A stretch of DNA of 64,000 nt from Hyaloraphidium curvatum SAG 235-1 (taxonomy: Eukaryota > Fungi > Monoblepharomycota): the NCBI GenBank assembly GCA_025558095.1, contig JAIVFI010000027.1, positions 544,177-608,176 on the forward strand, given 5' to 3'. Below, one piece after another: positions 52,934-63,878 of this stretch; position 1 is the stretch's first letter, and each line of letters opens with the position of its first letter. The notes under the pieces are model-generated. The model worked only from the letters and a program-made list of their open reading frames with translations, was not told where the DNA came from and made no database searches. Position numbers and translations under genes: made by a program.

Positions 52934-55900
52934 TCACGACCCCCAGCGAGGCATCTGCTGCTGGTCACGCATCCCCATCCTGCCCCCCTCGTCCTCGTCG
53001 TCCGACCCCATCTTGGCCCTCTTGGTCACCTGCGCCACCCGCGGGCTCGACGGGCCCCGCATCCCCAGCAGCGGCCTCGACATGTCGTGCGCCTTGACGT
53101 GCTGCGCCACCGCGGCGAGGTCAAGCCGGGACATGGGCGCGCGCACGGCGCCGGCGGGGGGCGGGCGGTCGCGGCGGCGGTAGAAGAGGATGTAGGGCGT
53201 GTCGCTGCCCGAGGCCTCGGCGAGCACGTCGTCGAGGGTCATGCCGCGGCGCACCGACGAGTCGTTGAAGTTGGTCCAGGACAGGCGCGCCGTCTCGGCC
53301 TTGAGCCTCGTGCGCGCCGCCGCGGCGGGCGGCTCCTGGCCCTCCTGCACCGCGAACGCGTAGTAGTGCCCGTAGTCGGCCGAGTAGCCCGAGTGGAAGA
53401 CGACCGCGTAGAGGTCGTAGTCGACGGTGACGAACTCCAGCGGCGCCGCGGCGGGGGGCGCGTCGGCGACGGCGGCCTCGGCGCTCGGGGTCTCGGGCAC
53501 CACGTCCATGTCCGCGACCTGCCCGCCCTGCTCGCCGTTGGCCATCTCGACGTCCTCTGTCGTGAGGGCGACCGCGTTGGGCAGAGTGTCCGATGTGACC
53601 GCTGCCTTGCCGTCCGAGCCCGACTTGTCCTCCTCCCCGGCCTTGCCCGCCGCCTTGTCCGCCTCGGCCTGCTCCTTGACCACGTCCCGCGCCAGCACCG
53701 TCGCCGTGAGCACCGTCCAGTCCCCCTCGATCTCGCACGCGATCTTCTTCCGGCGCCCGATGGCGAGGTCGTACTCGAACCGGTTCGCGCTCACGATCAG
53801 CACGCTGGGCACCCGCTGCAGGTACGTCGTCCGCGTGGCGTCCGTCTTGCGCCCGCAGCGGTCGCACGAGTAGGCATTGCCCTCCTGCTCCGTCAGCCGC
53901 TCCGACGCCAGCACCGAGTCGAGCATCTCCTGGATCGGCGTCGGGTGGAAGGTGCGCTCCTTGCGCTTCCGCACCGGCGGCGCGACCATGGGCGCAGGTG
54001 CGGCGGCGGCGGCGGCCGCGGCGGGTTCGACGGCGGCCTCGAACCTGGCGCTCAGCGGGGGCGCGTCGCCGGCGGCGGCCTTGGCAAAGGAGAAGGGCTG
54101 CGGTGCCTCGAGCTGCGGCGTCTTGAACCTGCCCGGCACTCCGATCCCCGGCAGCGGCGGCACCTCGGGGTCCGGCGTCGCGAGCCCGATCCTGCCCAGC
54201 CCGGGCAGCCCGTCGTCCGCCGCCCCCAAGTCCTCATGGATGAACGCGGCCAGATCCTGGCTGTCGCGGATGAACCCGCCCGGCTCCTGGCTGTCGGGGA
54301 GCACGATGTCCTCGGCCGCGGGCTCCTCCGGTAGCGGCTGCGTTCCCATGCCCTTGTCCTCGGTCAGCGGAAACACGTCCCACTGCGGCCCGCCCTTGAG
54401 CCCCCGCTGCCCCTCGCCCGCCTCCGCGTCGTCCGCGTCTAGCTGCTCCACCGCGTCCTGGAAGTCAAAGTCCTGCGTCCTGGGCTCCCAGTTCTCCTCG
54501 CCCCCCTGCACGCCCGCGAGCTCGTCCTGTTCCTCGACCTCGGTCCTCGCGTCCCCGCCCGCGTCGCTCCCGTCCACCGCGGCGCCGCTCCCGTCCGACC
54601 CCTCCTTCGTCGTGTACCCTTCGCCCCCGTCCTCCTCAACCGGCCTGTTCCACGCCGCCTTGCCCTCCCCCTCCCCGGGCTGCGCGCCCTCGGGATCCAG
54701 CTCCGTCCCGTCGGCGTCGCTCTTCTCCCCGCCCTCGAGGTGGATCTCGTGCACCTCCCCCGGCGGGCTGGCGTCGGGCTCCCTCCCCCTCCCCGCGGGC
54801 GGCGACCCGCGCCTGGGCAGCTGCCGCGGGAGGAACCCCGTGCCCAGGACGCGCCCCGGGCCGGGGAACAGCGGCGCGGGCGGCGGCGTGCGCGGGCGCT
54901 CCTCGACCTCCCTCTCCTCGACCCGGAACGGCAGCGACAGGTCCGTGAACTCCTCCGCGCGGTACGACGTTCCTTCGCACCCGCCCTCGCAGCGCACCGC
55001 CGTCACCGTCTGCCCCTTGAAGTGCCGCAGCGGGTCCGGGTACCCCGCGCCGGCCGCCTTGGCGTCCGTCTCGACCTGGTCGAAGAGCAGCTTCATGAAC
55101 TCGGCCGCGTCCTGCTGCCGTCCGCTGCGGATCCACGCCGGCTGGGTTTCGAGGAACTCGCGCGGGGTGAGGACGGGGGAGGAGGAGAAGGCGAGGAGGG
55201 AAAAGAGCCGGCCGAGGGCCGCGAGGGGTGTGGGGTCGCCGGCGGGGAGGGGGCGCTCGCGGCGGAAGGCGCCGAACGCGAACGCCATGGCTTCCTCGCG
55301 GAGGAAGCTCTTGGTGGGCGACCCGTCGGCGGCCTGCTCGTAGAGGGGCACGCCGCCCGCGGCAAAGACGCTCTGCAGCAGCGAGTTCATGAAGCACGTG
55401 TTGCCGAGGTTCGAGAGGCCCTTGGGCTCGGGCGGCAGCGCGTCGAGCGCGTCCGAGTACTCCCGCGGCGAGCTCCCGGGTCCGATCGCGTGCCGGCCCC
55501 GCTGCGCCGCCCGGCCGCCGCCGCCGGGGATGCCCGCGAACGCGTCCCACCCGTCGCACCGGCGCTCCTCCTCCTCGGGCCCGTACGGGGGCCGGAACCC
55601 GGCGTCGAAGAGGGCGCGCAGCGCCGCGAGGCGGGCGTGCTCGACGCTGGGGTCGGCGTGCGCGTGGTTGCGGAGGAAGGCGAAGGCGGGGGCGAGCACG
55701 TGGCCGGCGTCGCCGCGGGCGGCGGCCCAGCGGGCGAGCTGCGCGAGGGCGTGCAGGAAGCCGAGGGCGAGGTGGGTGGAGGAGGAGGAGGGGGATGGGA
55801 GTGCGGGGTTGGCGGCCGTTCCCGGGTCCTCGGCCTCGGCCCCCTCGGGTTCCCCGCGAATGCGCCTCCATCCGGCCCCTCCGAGCATCCCCGCCACGCC

Positions 55901-57297
55901 GAGCTCCTTGAGCAGCACCGCCATCATCCTCCCGCACATCCTGGCCTGCGCCGTGCGCGGCCTCTGCTCCCCGCCGACCCCGGGCGCCCCCGACGAGACG
56001 CCTTCGAGGAGCACCCCCAGCGACTCCCCGTCCAGCGCGGGAGGGCACGCCGGCCCGCTCCCTAGCAGCTCGTCCAGCTTCCCTGCGCCCCCGGACTCGC
56101 CCTCGATGTCGCGCAGCAGCCTGCACGCCCACTCGGCCCACCCGTCCAGGTTCTGCCCTCCGACGAAGCCGTCCTTGTGCCTGTCCGATGCCATATACCG
56201 CGAAACGAACTCGCTCCCCCGCGCGGCTCCCACCAGACGGCGCAGGATGCCCCGCAGCCCCCCCGCGGGGTCCTCGAGGCGGCGCACGTAGTTGTCCGCC
56301 TTGCCCTCGACGTCGATGCGGTCCGCCAGCGCCAGGAGCAGCGCCACGCAGCCGGGGTTGGCCCCGCGGATGCGCGCCGTGGTGTGCGCGAGGTTCCAGC
56401 CCGGGGCGGGGTACGCGCCCTTGGCGAGGTGCTCGACGACGGCGCCGTACATGGCGTCGGCGGCCTGGGTGCGGGCGAGGCCGGTGCGGATGAGGTTGTC
56501 GACGGCGGCGGAGATGGCGGGGGGCGCGCGGGGGGGCAGCTGCGCGGGCGACAGGACGGGGTGAGCGAGGAGGAAGAGCGCCGTGGCCTGTTCGGGCATG
56601 GGTCAGCAGCAGGGGAGGGCCGCTCGGCGAGGCGACCCACCGCAGCGATCTCCCTCTCCGACGGCAGGCTGTCGTGCCTGCGGTCCCAGTCGCGGCCCCA
56701 GTCGCTGCGGTCGCCGCGCTCCCACGCCATGACGTGTTCGGGCTGGCCGCTCTTGAGCGCGTTGGGGAAAAAGTGCAGCGCGTGGAAGGCGTGCTCGAGC
56801 ATGCCGAATGCCTCTGCGACGGGCTCTTTCGAGCCGGCCGCGCTCTCGACGCCCCATTCCGCCAGCTCGCCCGCTTTCCCGAGGTCGTCCGTCGAGCGCG
56901 CCGCGTCCTCCAGCACCTCGAGCGCGCCGCGGAAGGCGTGGCCGGCCATCGCCCCGGCCGGCCGCGCCAGCTCCCTGCGCAGCTCGGCGACGGCGGCAGC
57001 CACTCCCTTGTCGTTGGCGAGCAGCCGCAGCACGTCCCCCGCGGCCGCGAGCAGCCCGAGCGCGCGCGGCACCGGCAGAGAGCGCAGCGCGTCGGGCGAC
57101 AGCGACCGCGCGAACTGCGAGAAGTCGGCGTCCGCGCGCCGCCGCAGCCGGTCCGCGAGCGCGCGCCGGTCGACCGCGTCGCGCGACTCGGCCAGCGAGA
57201 GCTCGTCGGCCGCCAATTCCTCCCCGCCCGCCCCGCCGTCCTCCCCGCCAGACGACGACCCGCCCGGCGACGGCGGCGGCGCCTGCCCCGTCCTCAT
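52934..57297 (-). CDS. Ubiquitin carboxyl-terminal hydrolase (USP / peptidase C19), intron near 56600-56720
   Basis: Cys box GLSNLGNTCFMNSLLQ, QQDAAEF, CDRC, His box HSGYSADYGHYY and WTNFNDSSV. A long helical N-terminus as in USP35/38-like enzymes. Confidence 0.93.
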
Positions 57298-57615
57298 CCC
57301 TTGAACGGCAGAGATCTACGCCGCAGGGCCTTTTCCGCCGCCGCAGCACGGCATGGGACGGGGGCGTCCGGGTCCGCAGAAAAGGGTCCGTGGAGGGAAA
57401 CCGTGCGGAACGGGCGAGCGGCCGTAATGCGGCGAGGCAGGCGTCGGTCAACTCGCAAGTTGAACAGCCCGGCAGCGCACCGCGAACTGATCCGCCACGC
57501 CGCATAACATAAAGTGGCGGACAAAGAGCGGCGAGTCGTGATGACACCGCATGCGTCGCACGCGTGGAACTGCCCTCTTCCCGCCGCCACGCGCGCCCCC
57601 TGCCCCCCCCCACCC

Positions 57616-58677
57616 ATGGCCCGGGAGGTCGACGACGATGGCGCCAGGGAGAGTGCTTGGGGAGATGCTCGGAACAAAGACGATGAACGGAGAGTGAGCG
57701 GCCAGGACAATGACGGCGACGGTGCAGCTGACGGCATCGGGGCCTCCGGTGGCGACGGCGTCGGAGTCACCGCCGAAGGTGACGGTGTGACGGGCGTGGG
57801 AGCCGCCGACTCTGCGGAAGGCCGTTCGACCACTGTGCACCACGCACGGCCGAAAGGAATGGCGGGATTCACCATCTCGGTGGGAAAGGACGGCCAGGAG
57901 GAGTACACGTGCACTGTGGAGGGCTGCAAGCGGAAGGGGCCGCACAACAAGCACGAGGCCGTCAGCCACAAGAAGCGGTTCCACGGGACGGCGGGCTTGA
58001 AGCTGCCCGGCTCTGTGGCACCGGTTCAGGCTCGGTTCGCCGACGGCGTCTACCACTGCCCGCGCTGCGGCAAAACCTCGAATGACACCACCCGGGCGCG
58101 GGAGCACGGGCGGAAGTGCAAAGGACCTCCTTCCGACCGGAACACGGAAACGGCCCCAGTCAAGTTCAAGGGTGACAGGGTTCCGTGGGAGGGGCCTGTA
58201 GGAGATCACCCCGACCTCGTTGGGGCCGGTACGTTTGGTGCTCGGGCTCGCCATCGGCTTCCCTGACAGTAGCATCCCCTCTAGACGATCCTGCTTTGAT
58301 GGAATGTCGTCTGTTCATTCACCAATGGGGGTTCCTCCTGTGCGACGACCATGGGGCCATCCTCCTTAAGGACATCGAGGGTCACCTGAAGGGTAACAAG
58401 CATCGCTTACCGAAGGCAGAACGGGCGGCGCTCCATGCGCGCGTCGAGGAGCGAGCCGCACAGGCCGGTATTTCGCTGTTGGACGACTGGCCCAATCGTG
58501 GCGCCCACACCCACTCGGGGACGGGCCTGGGCGTGTGCTGCTACGTGCAGGACAGCGGGATGATACTGCCCGCCGTTCTGGGACCTCCCGTGTTCCGCAT
58601 GTTTGGCTGCGCCGCCGTCCTGGGCTGCAGCTTTGTGGCCTACACCGACGCCGAGATCCGGAGCCACGCCAAGCTTG
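57616..58677 (+). pseudogene. 5' part of a zinc-finger/DUF3505(OrsD)-like gene (telomere-linked-helicase N-terminus-like), truncated by LTR insertion
   Basis: Exon 1 has CTVEGC..H..H and CPRC..H..C. Intron 58229-58272 (GTACGT..CTGAC..TAG). Exon 2 (FLLCDDHGAILLKDIEGHLKGNKH...PPVFRMFGC...GCSF...IRSH) stops at the TGT of LTR A. Confidence 0.55.
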
Positions 58678-58808
58678 TGTAACGCGCCGGCGTCGGGGCA
58701 AGGGGGACGGTGGTCCCCGGCGAGGGAAGACTAGGCGCAGTGCTGTGTAGTGACTCCTCAACGTCGTCAACACAGGTCTTTACGGGTCCCCCGCGCCCCG
58801 TCCTGACA
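58678..58808 (+). repeat. 5' LTR of element A
   Basis: TGTAAC...CTGACA termini. The adjacent 58811-58821 is complementary to 58760-58770. There is no second LTR to confirm the boundaries. Confidence 0.7.
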
Positions 58809-58873
58809 GTTTGACGACGTTCCAACCCTGAATCCACGTTTCCCGTTCCCCGTGACCTCACCCTCGGTGCAGC

Positions 58874-59518
58874 ATGGCTGGCGCCGACGCTCTCCGCGAT
58901 CTCCTCTCCGCGACCCCGGACCCCCAGACTCCCGTCGAAGTCCTTATCGAGCGCGAAAGGGTTTTCCTTGATACCCTCGAGCCGCAGGAGCGTGCTGCTT
59001 TCGTCAGCTTCTTGGACGCCCTCGGCGACGCTCAGCCCGAGTTCATCGCGCTCCCGATCCGTGCCCAAGTCGCCACCTACCGCGCTTCCCAAGCAACCCA
59101 CGTCGCGCAGCACGCTCCTCTGTCTGCTCCGATTTCGGTGTCCGCCGCTGCGCTCACGGACGCGTTTGTCGGCTCTGTCGCGCGCATGGGGTTCCTGCCC
59201 CAGCACGCCGCTGCTGCCCCAACCGCGAAACCGATCAACGTGCCTACCCCGGACAAGTTCGACGGGACCGATCACGCACGCACCCGTTACTTCATGATGC
59301 AGGTCGACAACGCGCTCGAGCTCAAGCCGGAGCTTGCCTCGGACGCCCAAAAGATCACGTTCTTCAGTCTGCTTCTCAAGGGCGATGCGCTCCGCTGGTT
59401 TGCTGCCCAGCAGAGCAGCTCCGGGACGATTGCGCCCTCGTGGATCTCGCTTCGCGAGGAGTTTCTCTCTACCTTTCAGATGCCACTTCGACACACTTCC
59501 GCCGTCAATGCGCTCCAT
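58874..59518 (+). pseudogene. gag: Gag of element A, interrupted by element B
   Basis: INVPTPDKFDGTD...KITFFSLLLKGDALRWF...WISLREEFLSTF, then the frame runs into LTR B. Confidence 0.85.
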
Positions 59519-59744
59519 TGTCAGGGACTACGCCACCCTGGAAGGTTCTGAGGCTTTCCCGGACTCTTCCTGGCTCCGCCACACGCACCTACGCCTCACG
59601 CTGGCGCGGACCGGACTATATAAACCGATAGATCTTTGCCTGTACAACCCGAACGTTCGGATAGAGTTACAAGCCCCCGTACCCCGTCTCCCCGTTCTCC
59701 CGATCCCGCAGGCCAGGACCGGCCTCCCACGGCCTCTCCTGACA
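59519..59744 (+). repeat. 5' LTR of element B (226 bp)
   Basis: Perfect 7-bp inverted termini TGTCAGG...CCTGACA; TATATAAA at 59617-59624. Confidence 0.88.
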
Positions 59745-59745
59745 T

Positions 59746-59758
59746 TATCCGAACGTTC
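59746..59758 (+). promoter_or_regulatory. Self-priming-type primer binding site of element B
   Basis: TATCCGAACGTTC is the exact reverse complement of GAACGTTCGGATA at 59651-59663, which lies about 27 nt after the TATA box. Confidence 0.8.
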
Positions 59759-59787
59759 ACCCCGACACCCGACATCCCGACCCGACC

Positions 59788-60759
59788 ATGGACCCCAACG
59801 AGATGCTCGCCCAGATGGCGACGCAGATCCAACAGCAGCACCAGTTCAACCAGCAGCTGCTCGCTGTCGTTCAACAACTCCAAGCCCAGCAGCAACCTGC
59901 AGCCCCGCAGATCCGGCTCAAGGTGGCAGCGCCCGACCGTTTCGACGGGAAGCGCACCCATCTCCGCGGGTTCCTCGCCCAAGTCCAGCTCAACTTCGAA
60001 GCCCACCCGACGGCGTTCGAGAACGATCGCCGCAAGACCACTTTCGTCGGCAGCTACCTCGGGGGCACCGCTCTCGAATGGTTCACGCCGCTGCTCGAGG
60101 GTGACGACGAGATCCTCGACGACTACGACGAGCTCGTCGAAAGACTCAAAGCCATGTTCGGCGACGCCGACGAAGCCCGCCGCGCCGAAGCCGCTATCAA
60201 GAAGCTCGCGCAAAAGGGCTCGGCCGCCGACTACGCCGCCAAGTTCCAGCTTCTCGCCGTCAAGACCCAGTGGGACGACCGCGCGCTCATGTCGCAGTTC
60301 CGCACCGGCCTCCGGGACGATGTGCTCGACCACCTCCTCAACCGCCTCGAGCCCGCGGACTTAACTGAGCTCATTCAGCAAGCAATCAACTCCGACGACC
60401 TGCTTTACCGCCGCCGGCAGGAGAAGCAGGATCGTGCAGCATCTCGGCCTCAAGCTGGGCCAAGCCGGCCTCTCAGCTACCCGAGGCCCTCAACAAACAA
60501 TGGTCCGGCGCCCATGGATCTCGGTGCAACAACATTCAAGAAGGGACCGCTCACTGCGGAGGAGCGCCAGCGCCGCATCGCCGCCGACTTGTGCCTCTAC
60601 TGCGGCAAGCCCGGACACCGGATTCGGGAGTGCAAGGCCCGCGAAGCTGGCGAGCACAAGCTCTCGGCGACCACGACCCAGACCCCCAACCCCGCCTCGT
60701 CGGACCCGAAGACCGGACCGGCGGGAAACGGACAGACCCTGCCTGCCTCTCGGGGGTAA
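59788..60759 (+). CDS. gag: Gag of element B
   Basis: PDRFDG, YLGGTALEWF, QKGSAADY, FRTGL, PAPMDLG, and the CCHC knuckle CLYCGKPGHRIREC. Confidence 0.95.
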   Translation: MDPNEMLAQMATQIQQQHQFNQQLLAVVQQLQAQQQPAAPQIRLKVAAPDRFDGKRTHLRGFLAQVQLNFEAHPTAFENDRRKTTFVGSYLGGTALEWFTPLLEGDDEILDDYDELVERLKAMFGDADEARRAEAAIKKLAQKGSAADYAAKFQLLAVKTQWDDRALMSQFRTGLRDDVLDHLLNRLEPADLTELIQQAINSDDLLYRRRQEKQDRAASRPQAGPSRPLSYPRPSTNNGPAPMDLGATTFKKGPLTAEERQRRIAADLCLYCGKPGHRIRECKAREAGEHKLSATTTQTPNPASSDPKTGPAGNGQTLPASRG

Positions 60760-60765
60760 GGCAGG
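60723..60765 (+). promoter_or_regulatory. -1 ribosomal frameshift signal (G GGA AAC plus predicted pseudoknot)
   Basis: The slippery heptamer 60723-60729 is in the gag frame and pol is in the -1 frame. Stems ACCCT/GGGGT and CCTGCCT/AGGCAGG follow a 6-nt spacer. Confidence 0.8.
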
Positions 60766-63700
60766 AGGACTTGGACACTCCCGAGCATGACGACAGCTCG
60801 TCGGACGAGCCGACCATCGGTCGCCATGAACCTCAGCGCGTATTCTCTGTTACCCTTGGCTTCAAACACCGGCAATTACCTGTTTCCGCTCTTCTGGACC
60901 CCGGAGCAACTGGACTTTTCATGGACATGGACTTTTGTCGGCGCGCTCAACTGCCCTTCCGCCGAGCCCCGACCTCTGGCACTGTACAAGCGGTGGACGG
61001 CCATGCCATCCACGACGGCACCGTCGAGACCCTTTACGAGACGGCTCCGCTCCCAGTTGCCATCGGACAACACACGGACCAGATCTGTTTCACCCTGATC
61101 CGCTCCCCCGAGCGCCCCGTCATTTTCGGCATGCCCTACTTCAAGACGAAGAGCGCTACGCCGTCTCCGGACTGGGATCAATTGCTGTTCCCCGACGGGA
61201 CCTCGGTGGACCTGATATCTACGACCCAGGCGGACTCTGATGCGCCTGTCAACGTTCAGCTTCTCTCGGCCATAGACTTCGCCCGGGAGGCTCAAGGTCA
61301 CTTCGTCTACGCTGCCATCGTACTCCCTGCCGACCTCAAGCCCCCGCCGAAAGCTACCGGCATCCTGCCCGACAAGTACGCCGATTACGCGGAGATCTTC
61401 AGCGAGCAAGAGGCTACAAAGCTCCCTCCGCACCGCCCGTACGACTGCGAGATCGACCTGCTTCCTGGGACAACACCGCCGTTCAAGTCGATCCACAACC
61501 TTTCCCCAAAGGAGCTCGAGGCCCTGCGCGAGTACCTGGCAACGCAGCTCGAGAAGGGATGGATTCGCCCGTCAACTAGTTCCGCCGGCGCGCCCGTCGT
61601 CTTCTTCAGGAATCCGGATGGATCTCTTCGGGTGGCCATCGACTACCGCGGCCTCAACTCGATCACGATCAAGAATCGGTACCCGCTGCCCCTGATTTCC
61701 GAGCTTCTCGACCGCCTCAAGGACGCCAAGATCTTCACCAAGCTCGACCTCCGTGTCGGCTACAACAACGTTCGAATCCGCGAGGGTGACGAGTGGAAAA
61801 CCGCCTTCCGGACCCGCTACGGCCTCTTCGAGTTCCTCGTCATGCCGCTCGGACTCACGAACGCCCCCGCGGCTTTTCAACACTTCATGAACGACGTCTT
61901 CCGCGACGTACTCGACAAGTTCGTGGTCATCTACCTCGACGACATCCTGATCTTCAGCAAGAACCCGCACGACCATGAGCAGCATGTTCGCCTCGTTCTC
62001 CAGCGCCTCCGTGAACAGACCTTGTTCTGCAAGCTCGAAAAGTGCTCATTCGAGCAGGACTCAGTCGTATTCCTCGGATTCGTTGTCTCGGAGACCGGCA
62101 TCGGCATGGACAGCTCCAAAATCCAGACGATCCTCGACTGGCAAGCCCCGGCATCCGTGCGCGACGTCCAGGTGTTCCTCGGCTTCGCGCAGTTCTACCG
62201 CCGCTTCATCAAGGACTTCGCCGCGATCGTCAGGCCCATCACCGACCTCACACGCAGCTCGTCTCGCTCCCCGTTCTCCTGGACGCCGGCCGCGGCCGCA
62301 GCCTTCGACCAGCTCAAGGTCGCCTTCTGTTCCGCCCCGGTGCTCGCCCACCCCGACTTTGACAAGCCGTTCGTCGTGGAGACGGACGCATCGGACTATG
62401 CCATCGGCATGATACTCTCGCAGCCCGGAATGGACCCCAAGAACTTGCACCCGGTCGCATTCCTTTCTCGGAAGCTCAACGACGCCGAGATCAACTACGA
62501 CACCTTCGACAAGGAAGCTCTTGCCGTCTACGAAGCCTTTGAAGGCTGGCGGCACTACCTGGAGGGCTCTCCACATCCCGTTACGGTCTTCACTGACCAC
62601 TCGAATCTGCAGTACCTGACCTCGACCCGTACCCTGTCTCGGCGCGAGGCCCGATGGGCCTTGTACCTTTCCCAGTTCCAGATCCAGCTTGTCGTGCGCC
62701 CAGGACGCAAGAACGGCAAGGCGGACGCCCTGTCTCGTCGGCCCGAGTTCCAACTCGGCCCGGACGACCCCCTGCGACTCGTCAACACCCGCCCCCTCGT
62801 GCACCCCGTTTCCGCCCAGGACGACGACGTTGAGCACGTCATTAGCTCCGTCTCCGTCGCCGCAGGCACCTCCGACTTTCTCGGCCGGCTCCGTTCAGCA
62901 CTCGACCTCGATCCCCTCGCGCGTTCCATTCGCGCCTCCCTTGCCTCGGATCCGACCCAAGGCCGTGAGGACACGGCCTCCTGGGAGGAGGAGGAGGGAC
63001 TTCTGACCCGCAATGGACTCCTGTACCTACCGAACCGCGAGCTCCAGCTAGAGGTTCTCCGCACCCGTCACGACTCCAAGATCGCTGGACATTTGGGCAC
63101 GGCGAAGACGCACGACCTAATTTCGAGGGACTTCTGGTGGCCTTCGATCTGGAAGGACGTCAAGACCTACATTCGGACGTGCGACTTGTGCGCGCGCTCG
63201 AAGGCACCCCGTCACGCCCCGTTCGGACACTTGTACCCGCTCCCGATCCCGACGCGCAACTGGAGCTCAATCTCCATGGACTTTATCACCAAGCTCCCGG
63301 AATCCCGGGGCTGGGACTCGATCCTCGTCGTCGTGGACAGACGATCTCGACAGACCCACTTGGAGGCCTGCCGCGAGGCTGTGACGGCGAAGGACGTGGC
63401 CGATCTCTACATTCGTTCCGTTTACCGGCATCACGGACTCCCCGATGTCCTTGTGTCGGACCGTGACCCCAAGTTCGTCGCCCACTTCTGGCAAGAGCTC
63501 CATAAGACCCTCGGAACCCGTCTCAACATGTCGACGTCTTTTCACCCGCAGACCGACGGCATGCCGGAGAACAAGAACCAGACAATCGAAGCCTACCTTA
63601 GGAACTTCATCTCGTATCACCAAGACGACTGGGCCGACCTCCTGCCGTTCTGCGAGGTCGCGATCAACAATTCGCGCTCGGTCGCCTCCGGATCCTCGCC

Positions 63701-63878
63701 CTACTTCCTCAACTACGGCTTCCACCCCCGTTTCGACTTCCTCCCGCGTCGAGAGCCCACCAAGGCACCCGCCGCCGAGGACTTTACCCGCCATCTCGCC
63801 GAGATCTCTGCGGAAGCGCAGATCGAGCTCGAGCACGCCCAAGAACTCCAAGTCAAGTACGCGAACAAGCACCGCCTC
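60729..63878 (+). CDS. pol: Pol polyprotein of element B (protease, RT, RNase H, integrase), C-terminally truncated
   Basis: LLDPGAT; IDYRGLN; YLDD; VETDASDYAIG; H-x6-H...CDLC; SMDFI, SDRD and GMPE. Reads YANKHRL directly into telomere repeats. Confidence 0.95.

Larger units (their letters stand above)
58678..59518 (+). mobile_element. Ty3/gypsy LTR retrotransposon A: 5' LTR and partial gag
   Basis: TGT...ACA LTR, self-complementary PBS, and a gag with PDKFDG and LKGDALRWF that is interrupted at 59518. Confidence 0.85.
59519..63878 (+). mobile_element. Ty3/gypsy (Tf1/sushi-like) LTR retrotransposon B, 3'-truncated by the telomere
   Basis: 5' LTR, PBS, gag and pol in the order PR-RT-RNaseH-IN; no PPT or 3' LTR. 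Confidence 0.95.
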
